From a bacterium (lineage in GTDB: Bacteria > Margulisbacteria > WOR-1 > O2-12-FULL-45-9 > XYB2-FULL-48-7): a stretch of 64,000 nucleotides of DNA. The translations under genes were made by a program, and so were the position numbers. The stretch is taken from contig JBDRLW010000044.1 in the NCBI GenBank assembly GCA_043812655.1, forward strand, positions 59,534-123,533, written 5' to 3'. The notes beneath the pieces are model-generated. The model made no database searches, was not told the origin of the DNA, and worked only from the letters and a program-made list of their open reading frames with translations. This document shows, piece by piece, positions 38,193 through 45,592 of this stretch. Position 1 is the first letter of the stretch. Each line of letters begins with the position of its first letter.

Positions 38193-39545
38193 GTGAAGAC
38201 CTTCATTGACAAAGAAAAGATAACCGCTCTCCTAGAAAACGCGAATCCCAAAGAAGCATCCCAAGTAATTAAAAAGGCTTTGAAGCTAAAAGGCTTAACT
38301 CCGGCTGAAACAGCGGTTTTACTCAACGTGACCGATAAGAAAACCCTTGCCTCCCTTTTCCAGGCGGCAAAAAAGGCTAAAGAAGAGATCTATGGCAACC
38401 GCCTGGTTCTTTTCGCGCCGCTTTATATTACTAACTATTGTGTTAACAACTGCCTTTACTGCGGGTTTAGATCTGACAACAAAAAACTGGCTCGTCGGCG
38501 ATTAAGCCTTGAAGAAATTAAGGCCCAGGTCGCCATTCTCGAAAAAGAAGGCCATAAAAGGATCCTTCTAGTCGGGGGCGAAGATCCTGTGGCTGGCAGT
38601 ATCACCTTTTTAGAAAAAGCGATCAAAGCTATTTACGAGGTAAAAGTCGGACCTGGCGAAATTAGAAGACTCAATGTTAATGTCGCTCCGCTTGAAGTCC
38701 CCGATTTTAAACGGCTAAGTAAAACCGGCATCGGCACTTACCAATTATTCCAAGAAACATATGAACCGGAAGTCTATAAAACCATGCATCCTAAGGGCCC
38801 AAAGGCTGATTATAAATATCGGCTCTATGGCATGCACCGGGCAATGAAGGGCGGGATCAAAGATGTTGGGATCGGCGTCCTCTTTGGCCTAGCCGATTAT
38901 AAGTATGAAGTTTTAGCCATGCTCTTTCATGCCCTGGAACTCGAAAAAGAGTTTGGCGTCGGGCCGCACACTATCTCTGTCCCCAGGATTGAACCAGCCT
39001 TTGACACGCCGCTGACCGGCAACCCTCCCCACCCTGTTTCCGACGAGGAATTTAAAAAGATCGTCGCGATCTTGCGGCTTGCTGTGCCTTATACTGGGAT
39101 CATTTTATCGACCAGAGAGACTGCCAAGTTAAGAAATGAGGTTTTTGCTTTGGGCATTTCCCAAATTAGCGCCGGCTCAAGGACCACTCCAGGCGGCTAT
39201 GAACAAAACAACTCCGCTTCCGAACAATTCACCCTTCACGATAGCCGCTCCCTGCTGGAAGTTATTAAAGATATTTCCAAAATGGGATATTCTCCTAGTT
39301 TTTGCACTGCCTGTTACCGTCTCGGGCGGACCGGAAAAGACTTTATGGACCTGGCTAAGCCCGGGCTGATAAAAAAGTTCTGCTTGCCAAATTCACTGTT
39401 AACTTTCAAGGAGTATTTAGAAGACTACGGCGACGCCGAAGCGAAAAAGCTGGGCGAAAAAGTGATTAAAAGCGCCAAGTTAAGCTCTGCCTTCCAAAAG
39501 AAGCTCAAGAAAATTGAAAATGGGGAAAGAGATTTGTACTGCTAA
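38193..39545 (+). CDS. hydG: [FeFe]-hydrogenase maturase HydG
   Basis: FAPLY, CVNNCLYC, FQETY, GPHTISVPR (dangler His), C-terminal CTAC-x22-C. Confidence 0.92.
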   Translation: MKTFIDKEKITALLENANPKEASQVIKKALKLKGLTPAETAVLLNVTDKKTLASLFQAAKKAKEEIYGNRLVLFAPLYITNYCVNNCLYCGFRSDNKKLARRRLSLEEIKAQVAILEKEGHKRILLVGGEDPVAGSITFLEKAIKAIYEVKVGPGEIRRLNVNVAPLEVPDFKRLSKTGIGTYQLFQETYEPEVYKTMHPKGPKADYKYRLYGMHRAMKGGIKDVGIGVLFGLADYKYEVLAMLFHALELEKEFGVGPHTISVPRIEPAFDTPLTGNPPHPVSDEEFKKIVAILRLAVPYTGIILSTRETAKLRNEVFALGISQISAGSRTTPGGYEQNNSASEQFTLHDSRSLLEVIKDISKMGYSPSFCTACYRLGRTGKDFMDLAKPGLIKKFCLPNSLLTFKEYLEDYGDAEAKKLGEKVIKSAKLSSAFQKKLKKIENGERDLYC

Positions 39546-39630
39546 CCCCCTAACAAACTAATGGCTCGACAAGCTCGCCATCCCAGCCATCCCGAGCACT
39601 GTCGAGGGACCAACTAACAGACTAACTAAC
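39546..39630. repeat. Copy of the pre-hydG repeat interrupted by an approx. 50-bp palindrome
   Basis: CCCCCTAACAAAC and ACCAACTAACAGACTAAC match 38111-38143; insert CTCGACAAGCTCG...CGAGCACTGTCGAG. Confidence 0.8.
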
Positions 39631-39633
39631 TTC

Positions 39634-39876
39634 TCACTCCCCATCAAAAGAGACTAACCGCAACTCCCTGGTCTGGCTCGGTTCAATGACCAGCTCCGCG
39701 CCTTCGGCGATCGTTCCTTGCGCGTGCTGCGCCAAAGAATACCTTAAAATCTCTGGATTTATTTCCGTAAATTCCCCCATCTTGATCATTACCCGGGAGA
39801 TCTTTTTGATCTGCTCTTCTTCCGCGCGTTTGAGCAGGTCGTTAAGCAAGTCTTTGATTAAATGAAGTTCGTGCAT
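39634..39876 (-). CDS. hypA: Short HypA/HybF nickel chaperone lacking the Zn finger
   Basis: MHE start, G.FT.I.PE.L, T.AEGA.L.IE, C-terminal RELRLVSFDGE; no Cys. Confidence 0.82.
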   Translation of the reverse strand: MHELHLIKDLLNDLLKRAEEEQIKKISRVMIKMGEFTEINPEILRYSLAQHAQGTIAEGAELVIEPSQTRELRLVSFDGE

Positions 39877-39877
39877 A

Positions 39878-40351
39878 TTATTCTCCTTCGTTTAAATATT
39901 TTATGATCTCTTCAGCTGTCGCTGCCACTTCTTCGGACAGTTTTTCGCCAAATTCCAGGTTTTTAGCCTGGACCCCCAGGAACCAAACCGGCGCGCCAAC
40001 CTCTTTTTCGATCATCTCGGCGATGATATTTAAAGGGAAAATATGGGTGCTTAGCGTCTGCTGCGGGATCTCGGCTTTTTTGACGATCCGGGCTTCCCCC
40101 GGCTGGCCGCGAAAATCCGCCCCGTCGATCAGAATAACCTTTGCCGGCCGGGCGGCGATCGCCTGGTCGATGATGTTCTCCGGCTGATCCTTCGCGTTAA
40201 GGAGCCGGTACCCCGCTTTTAACTTTGGGCACTTCCCGGCGATATACGGCCCGACCCCATCGTCAGAGCGGAAATCATTCCCGACAGTGATGATCAGCGT
40301 TGTCCCTAAAGAGTTGGGGCGAAGCAGCTCGGCAACTTCAGCGGTTAACAA
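39878..40351 (-). CDS. Hydrogenase maturation endopeptidase (HycI-like)
   Basis: GNDFRSDDGVG, IDGADF, STH; TTG start at 40351 assumed. Confidence 0.88.
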   Translation of the reverse strand: MLTAEVAELLRPNSLGTTLIITVGNDFRSDDGVGPYIAGKCPKLKAGYRLLNAKDQPENIIDQAIAARPAKVILIDGADFRGQPGEARIVKKAEIPQQTLSTHIFPLNIIAEMIEKEVGAPVWFLGVQAKNLEFGEKLSEEVAATAEEIIKYLNEGE

Positions 40352-41666
40352 ACTTGACGTCCAGAAAGTGCGCGGAACAGGAAATGCACGGATCATAGGC
40401 CCGGACTAGCATTTCCAGGGCAAGAGTGATCTCTTCGTCTGATCTATCCAGGATCTCCGGCACCAGCTTCTTCATATCTTGTTCAATGCTATTGACGTTT
40501 TGGCTGGTCGGGATTATACAGTTCGCTTTGGTAATGATCCCTTTTTCATCGACTTCATAATTATGAAAGAGGATGCCGCGCGGCACTTCCACCGCCCCAA
40601 CCCCGTTACCCGGTTTCACCGGGATCCTTTTTTGTTCATTTAAGCCGACCAGGATTTCTTCTTCGAGATTAACGCCTTTTTGCTTTAATCCTTCCAATAT
40701 CGCTATCCCGTCTTCCAGCGAATGGACACATTCCACCAATTGCGCCGCGGTATTTAAATAGGGATTGGTGCATTTTGGTTTCAACCCGATCGCGTCGGCG
40801 ATCGCTTTGGCTTTGGGGTGAAGTTTTGCCGCGTTCAGGTTAAAGCGGGCCAAAGCGCCAACCATGTACGATTCGCGGGAGAGCTTGGCGTGCTTGGCGC
40901 TGGAATGCGGGACGATAAATTCATTGGTGATCTGCTTGTATTCTTTTTTGTTTTTCCTTACGCCGTCGGTCGAACCGACATCCCCCAACAGCATCGGATA
41001 TTCAGCATCATCGCTAACCAGGGCAACATATTCCGTGTCCCGCTCGAACTGCGGAAATTTAAGGGTCGCGGCCAATTCAACCGTCGCAGTCATATCCGCT
41101 CTTAAGTCGTATAACAGATTAAGCATCGCGTCGAGATCTTTCTCGCGCGGCAGTTTAGTAAAACCACCGACGATCGACGAGATTGGGTGGACATGGCGTC
41201 CGACCAGGATATCACAAACATCGTTGCAGGTTTTTTTCATCCGCAAAGCCCGGCGGACTACTTTATTATGTGAATCAATTAAGGGAACAAAGCTTTTCAC
41301 GCCTAAAAGATCCGGCGCGACCAGCAAATAGATGTGCAAAATATGGCTGTCAAGATTTTCCATGTGGAGCAGGAACTTGCGCAATTTGGTAGTCTGCTCC
41401 GAAGGGGTAAAGCCGATCGCGTCTTCCGCCGCCTGGATCGAAGCGAGCGTGTGGCCGCAGGAGCAGATGCCGCAGATCCGGCAGGTGATATGCTGGGCTT
41501 CAAAAATGCTCCGTCCTTTGATCATCCCCTCAAAAAAGCGGGGTGATTCCACGATCTGCAGCTGGCAGGTCTCGAGCTTTCCCTCTTTGACGTTGACGAC
41601 GATATTCCCGTGGCCTTCCACCCGGGTCAAATATTCGACATTAACGCTAATGTTTCTTTTGCTCAC
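40338..41666 (-). CDS. Group 3b [NiFe]-hydrogenase large (alpha) subunit
   Basis: TRVEGHG, L1 RICGICS, EVPRG, L2 DPCISCSAH plus C-terminal extension. Confidence 0.94.
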   Translation of the reverse strand: MSKRNISVNVEYLTRVEGHGNIVVNVKEGKLETCQLQIVESPRFFEGMIKGRSIFEAQHITCRICGICSCGHTLASIQAAEDAIGFTPSEQTTKLRKFLLHMENLDSHILHIYLLVAPDLLGVKSFVPLIDSHNKVVRRALRMKKTCNDVCDILVGRHVHPISSIVGGFTKLPREKDLDAMLNLLYDLRADMTATVELAATLKFPQFERDTEYVALVSDDAEYPMLLGDVGSTDGVRKNKKEYKQITNEFIVPHSSAKHAKLSRESYMVGALARFNLNAAKLHPKAKAIADAIGLKPKCTNPYLNTAAQLVECVHSLEDGIAILEGLKQKGVNLEEEILVGLNEQKRIPVKPGNGVGAVEVPRGILFHNYEVDEKGIITKANCIIPTSQNVNSIEQDMKKLVPEILDRSDEEITLALEMLVRAYDPCISCSAHFLDVKFVNR

Positions 41667-42408
41667 GTTTATCCTGCTCCCTACATTTATTGTACATGTT
41701 CATTTTGTTGACGATCAGCTCCATGGGAACCTTATACTGGGCGATCACATCCTTGGCCCCGTTTTCATTTGGATTAGTGACCATCCCGCGGCAGCCATAA
41801 CAGATATTCCCGTTATTAATGCACCACGAATTACAGCCAGCTTTAGTTACCGGGCCCAGACAGGTAACCCCTCGCTGGTACATGCAGACATTTTCGTTCA
41901 ACTTGCATTCCACACAGACCGAATAATCCGGCACCTGGTAAGGCAGACCGGCCAGCGCCGCTTTAATGACTTTAAGAAATTCCGGAACATAGACCGGGCA
42001 GCCGTTGACAAAGTAGTCAACTTTTACTACCTGGTGCACCGCTTTGGTCTCAACCGTATCGTAATTCTTATAATCTTTGGCATAGACTTCCTGACGGATG
42101 TCATCAAGTTTAAAATTATTCTTCATTCCGTTAACGCCGCCGATCGTGGCGCAGGAACCATAAGCGATCAAGACCGCCGCCCGCTCCCTGATCTTTTTGA
42201 TCCGCTCGATCGCGTGCTGGTCGGTAATGCTCCCTTCCACGATCGCCACGTCGATCTTTTCGGGACCTTTCTCCGACATCACTTCGCGGAACTCAACTAC
42301 GTCGATCGCGCCAAGCACGTCGAGCAGCAGCTCGCCAATGTTCGCGACCTGCAGCTGGCACCCTTCGCAGCAGGCAAAATCAAAAAAAGCAACTTTCGGT
42401 TTAGCCAT
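41647..42408 (-). CDS. Group 3b hydrogenase small (delta) subunit
   Basis: CCEGC, VEGS, GSCA..GG, GCP, VCVEC, CLGPVT.AGC, CYGCRG. Confidence 0.93.
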   Translation of the reverse strand: MAKPKVAFFDFACCEGCQLQVANIGELLLDVLGAIDVVEFREVMSEKGPEKIDVAIVEGSITDQHAIERIKKIRERAAVLIAYGSCATIGGVNGMKNNFKLDDIRQEVYAKDYKNYDTVETKAVHQVVKVDYFVNGCPVYVPEFLKVIKAALAGLPYQVPDYSVCVECKLNENVCMYQRGVTCLGPVTKAGCNSWCINNGNICYGCRGMVTNPNENGAKDVIAQYKVPMELIVNKMNMYNKCREQDKREQKKH

Positions 42409-42410
42409 GG

Positions 42411-43232
42411 TTAGATCGCCTCTGGTATGTTTTTGATCTTATCATAACTGAATACCGGCCCTTCCTGGCAGCAGTAGATGCCGTTGATCTGGCAATGGCC
42501 GCATTTCATGTGCCGCTCCAGCGAAACCAGGATTTGCCGTTCCGGGATCTCTTTTTTCAGCAGTTCCGCAATGACAAACTTGTACATAATGGGTGGGCCA
42601 ACCACTACCGCGAAGGTCCGTTCCGGTTCCAGTGTCACCCCCGGGATCAGGGAAGTTATCAAACCAACATTCCCTTTCCAATCCGGGTCAGCCCGGTCAA
42701 CAGTGCAATTTAATTTAACGTCTAGCCGCTTGTTCCAATCGTCAACTTCTTCATTAAATAGCATGTTCTGCGGCGTTTTGCAGCCGAGCAAAATATCAAC
42801 TTTACCAAAATCCCGCCGGTTATCGATCACAAAATTGATCAGCGACCGGAGCGGCACCAGGCCGAGCCCGGCCGCCACAAAAAGAAGGTCGTTCCCTTCC
42901 AATATCCTGACCGGGAACCCTTTACCGAATGGGCCGCGGATCCCGACTTCATCCCCCGCTTCCAGTTTATGCAGGGCAGAGGTGAATTTGCCGGCTTTTC
43001 TGACTACCAATTCAAAAGAGCCAAGCTTGGTCGGGGAAGAAGAGATCGAGATCGGGGCCTCGCCAACGCCCAAGAGAGAAACTTCGACAAATTGTCCCGG
43101 TTCATGGTCGAGATTTTCGCCGCCCGGCAGGGCGATCTCAAAATATTTCTCCATGTCAGTCATCATTTTGGTGCGCAGGACTTTGGCGCGCTTGATCTCG
43201 TATTCCGACCCTTTGATCGCTAATTTTTTCAT
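42411..43232 (-). CDS. Group 3b hydrogenase gamma subunit (FAD/NAD(P)-binding)
   Basis: PGQF, GEAPISI, IRGPFG, GLGLVPLRS, VGPP.M; shortened 2Fe-2S motif. Confidence 0.92.
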   Translation of the reverse strand: MKKLAIKGSEYEIKRAKVLRTKMMTDMEKYFEIALPGGENLDHEPGQFVEVSLLGVGEAPISISSSPTKLGSFELVVRKAGKFTSALHKLEAGDEVGIRGPFGKGFPVRILEGNDLLFVAAGLGLVPLRSLINFVIDNRRDFGKVDILLGCKTPQNMLFNEEVDDWNKRLDVKLNCTVDRADPDWKGNVGLITSLIPGVTLEPERTFAVVVGPPIMYKFVIAELLKKEIPERQILVSLERHMKCGHCQINGIYCCQEGPVFSYDKIKNIPEAI

Positions 43233-44293
43233 TGGTCCCTACCAGCCTTTTTATCAGTCAGCCCCTGTTCGTCTACTAGTTTAGTTAATGTTTCTTTTAG
43301 GTTGATCTTGGCCATACAAGTGCGGCTGCAGCGTCCGCAACCGGTGCAGAATAACCGGGAAAATTTTTCCATTGGGTATTTGAACTTGCGATAGTAGCGG
43401 TGCCGCTGCCGGTCGCCGCGCTCTTCGCGGAAGCTTTCGCCCCCCGCTACTTTGGCGAACGGTTCGCTTTGGCATGAATCCCAGCGGCGGTAGCGCCGGC
43501 CGGTCTTAAGATCGAGGTTCGGCTCATCGATCACGTCAAAACAATAGCAGGTCGGGCAGACATTGGTGCAGTTGCCGCAAGCGAGGCACTTTTTACCCAG
43601 CTCTTCCCAAACCTTGCTGTTATAGCTTTTGGCAAAGATCTCGGGGATCCGTTCATGGACCACCGGAACCTCATTAGCAAATATTTTTCTCTTCTTTTCC
43701 CGGATCTTTTCCAGCGCCTTCAGATCCGCTTCGGCTGCCGGTTCGAATAATTTGGTTTTGCCAATGATCTCATCTCCCGCCTGCGTATTAATATGGATAA
43801 TGAATTTATCTCCGAGATCGGTAAAGAACAGGTCGTAGCCACCGTTCGGAGTATGGTTATGGACCAAGCGACAGCTGGCATATTCATCGCAATAATTATT
43901 GCATTCATAACCGATGATCGTGATCTTATTTTTGCGCAACAGATAATTAAGGTCTTTAGGCCGTTCGGAAAAGACCATATTCAAGCATTGGATGCCGGCC
44001 AGGTCGCAGGTGTGGACGCCAAATAAGACCAGCGACTCGTATTCTAAGATCGGTTCCATCGCCTGGCCGCTGCTGGTATCAAAATTAGCCAGGGTTTCGG
44101 TTGTCGGCAGAAAATATTTTTTGGGCGGCAGGATGGTGGGGATGTAATCCAGGGAAATTTTCTGCCCGGCGCTTACTTCTTCAAAAGCAAAGCTATTAAA
44201 GCCTTTATCCACCGGGGCCACGACTTTTTGGTCCTGGGATAACCGTGAAACAAAATCATTAAGCTGGTTCTTTTTTAGGGTTACGTACTGCAT
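43229..44293 (-). CDS. Group 3b hydrogenase beta subunit (AsrA-like, 4Fe-4S)
   Basis: PPKKYF, CLACGNCTNVCPTCYC, WDSC, CTGCGRC...C; start MQYV (44293). Confidence 0.92.
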   Translation of the reverse strand: MQYVTLKKNQLNDFVSRLSQDQKVVAPVDKGFNSFAFEEVSAGQKISLDYIPTILPPKKYFLPTTETLANFDTSSGQAMEPILEYESLVLFGVHTCDLAGIQCLNMVFSERPKDLNYLLRKNKITIIGYECNNYCDEYASCRLVHNHTPNGGYDLFFTDLGDKFIIHINTQAGDEIIGKTKLFEPAAEADLKALEKIREKKRKIFANEVPVVHERIPEIFAKSYNSKVWEELGKKCLACGNCTNVCPTCYCFDVIDEPNLDLKTGRRYRRWDSCQSEPFAKVAGGESFREERGDRQRHRYYRKFKYPMEKFSRLFCTGCGRCSRTCMAKINLKETLTKLVDEQGLTDKKAGRDQ

Positions 44294-44297
44294 ATGC

Positions 44298-44351
44298 TTG
44301 TGAAATAAATCACAAGGCATTAATCATAACATCAAGAAATGTTTATGTCAA
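44298..44351 (-). promoter_or_regulatory. Hydrogenase promoter (TTGACA-17-TATGAT) with Rex operator TTGTGAAATAAATCACAA
   Basis: Operator 44298-44315, one mismatch to TTGTGAA-N4-TTCACAA; -10 44323-44328; -35 44346-44351. Confidence 0.85.
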
Positions 44352-44386
44352 GGATTTTTTCTCAGCCTTAGACTTTGGCAGGCTGT

Positions 44387-45001
44387 TTATTTTTCAATAA
44401 AAAACGATAAGGTCTTGAGCTCTTGCGCCATATCAATATTCCTAACTTTGATTTTTCCGGTAAGAGTTAACTTAACAGGGCTAAAGTTCATTATCCCCTT
44501 AATTCCGGCTTTGGCCAGATTGGTCGCGGTTTCCTTGGCCGCTTCAGTCGGTACCGTCAGCATTGCAATGGAGATCTTTCCCCTTTTTATCACTTCATCT
44601 AATTGCTTGATATCATAACAATAATAGCCACGTATTTTCCGTCCGATTTTTATCTCGGAATTGTCAAAAACAGCTACGATCTTAAATCCCAAAGTTTCAA
44701 AACCTTTATAAGCCGCCATGGCCGAACCCAGACTTCCCATGCCGACAATGCAGACCTTGCTCTCTTTGGCGATTCCCAAGATCTCCGCGATCTTATTGCG
44801 CAATAGGAGCACATCATAGCCTGCCCCGCGCTTGCCCAAGCGGCCAAAATAGGAGAGATCCTTCCTAACCTGGTCAGGCTTGATTGTCATTAAAGAAGCG
44901 AAATTCTTGGAAGAAACAAATAACGTCCCCTGCTGTGATAATATATGCAGGTAACGATAGTAATGCAGCAGCCTCTCGATTGTTTTTTCCGGTATTTTCA
45001 T
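44387..45001 (-). CDS. rex: Redox-sensing repressor Rex
   Basis: TIERL..Y, QVRKDLSYFG..GKRG.GY, VGMGSLG, NFSP. Confidence 0.96.
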   Translation of the reverse strand: MKIPEKTIERLLHYYRYLHILSQQGTLFVSSKNFASLMTIKPDQVRKDLSYFGRLGKRGAGYDVLLLRNKIAEILGIAKESKVCIVGMGSLGSAMAAYKGFETLGFKIVAVFDNSEIKIGRKIRGYYCYDIKQLDEVIKRGKISIAMLTVPTEAAKETATNLAKAGIKGIMNFSPVKLTLTGKIKVRNIDMAQELKTLSFFIEK

Positions 45002-45047
45002 TTGTGAATATTTTCACAATCTTAACTTGGGGGCTTGGCTTTGTCAA
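45002..45047 (-). promoter_or_regulatory. rex promoter (TTGACA-17-TAAGAT) with perfect Rex operator TTGTGAATATTTTCACAA
   Basis: Operator 45002-45019 abuts the ATG. Confidence 0.88.
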
Positions 45048-45112
45048 GCTAGACTTTCGCTTGCTTAGCCAATTCCGGAGGTTTATACTTCCTGTTATAA
45101 GGAGGGTTAACT

Positions 45113-45592
45113 ATGAAAATCAAAGATCTTATCGGTGGATCAGTTGGCGCACTGCTCTGCTTACTGGTCGGGGTGATCGGCTCCTTCTCTACGGCGGCCA
45201 ATATCCCGAATTGGTACGCCTTCCTGAATAAACCTTTCTTTACGCCGCCCAATTGGCTTTTTGGCCCGGCCTGGACGCTCCTTTATATTCTAATGGGAAT
45301 TGCCGCTTACCTTATCTGGAAAGATGGCCTCGACAAAAAAGCCAACCAGCAAGCGCTCGGTATTTTTGCCGCTCAACTATTTTTCAACGCGATCTGGACG
45401 CCGATCTTCTTTGGCTGGCATCAGCTGTTCATCGCTTTCATCGTAATTGTTGTTTTGTGGTGTTTTATCCTCTGGACGATCATCCGGTTCTCCAGAATAT
45501 CAAATATTGCCGGCTGGCTGCTAGCCCCCTATATTCTTTGGGTAACTTTCGCCAGCGCACTTAATTTTGGGGTCTGGTGGCTTAATCGCTGA
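45113..45592 (+). CDS. tspO: TspO/MBR family tryptophan-rich sensory protein
   Basis: WY..L.KP.FTPPNW.FGP.W..LY, LAPY..WV.FA..LN. Confidence 0.92.
   Translation: MKIKDLIGGSVGALLCLLVGVIGSFSTAANIPNWYAFLNKPFFTPPNWLFGPAWTLLYILMGIAAYLIWKDGLDKKANQQALGIFAAQLFFNAIWTPIFFGWHQLFIAFIVIVVLWCFILWTIIRFSRISNIAGWLLAPYILWVTFASALNFGVWWLNR

Noticed and set aside
38193..39545. Calling this gene thiH
   Set aside because: It has the C-terminal CxxC-x22-C auxiliary-cluster motif and dangler His of HydG, which ThiH lacks, and no thiamine genes are adjacent.
40338..41666. [NiFeSe] hydrogenase or selenocysteine recoding
   Set aside because: All four ligands are Cys codons and there is no in-frame TGA.
41332..42414. 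360-aa plus-strand ORF
   Set aside because: Antisense shadow of the hydrogenase alpha and delta genes with no recognisable motifs; the same applies to most nested opposite-strand ORFs in the track.
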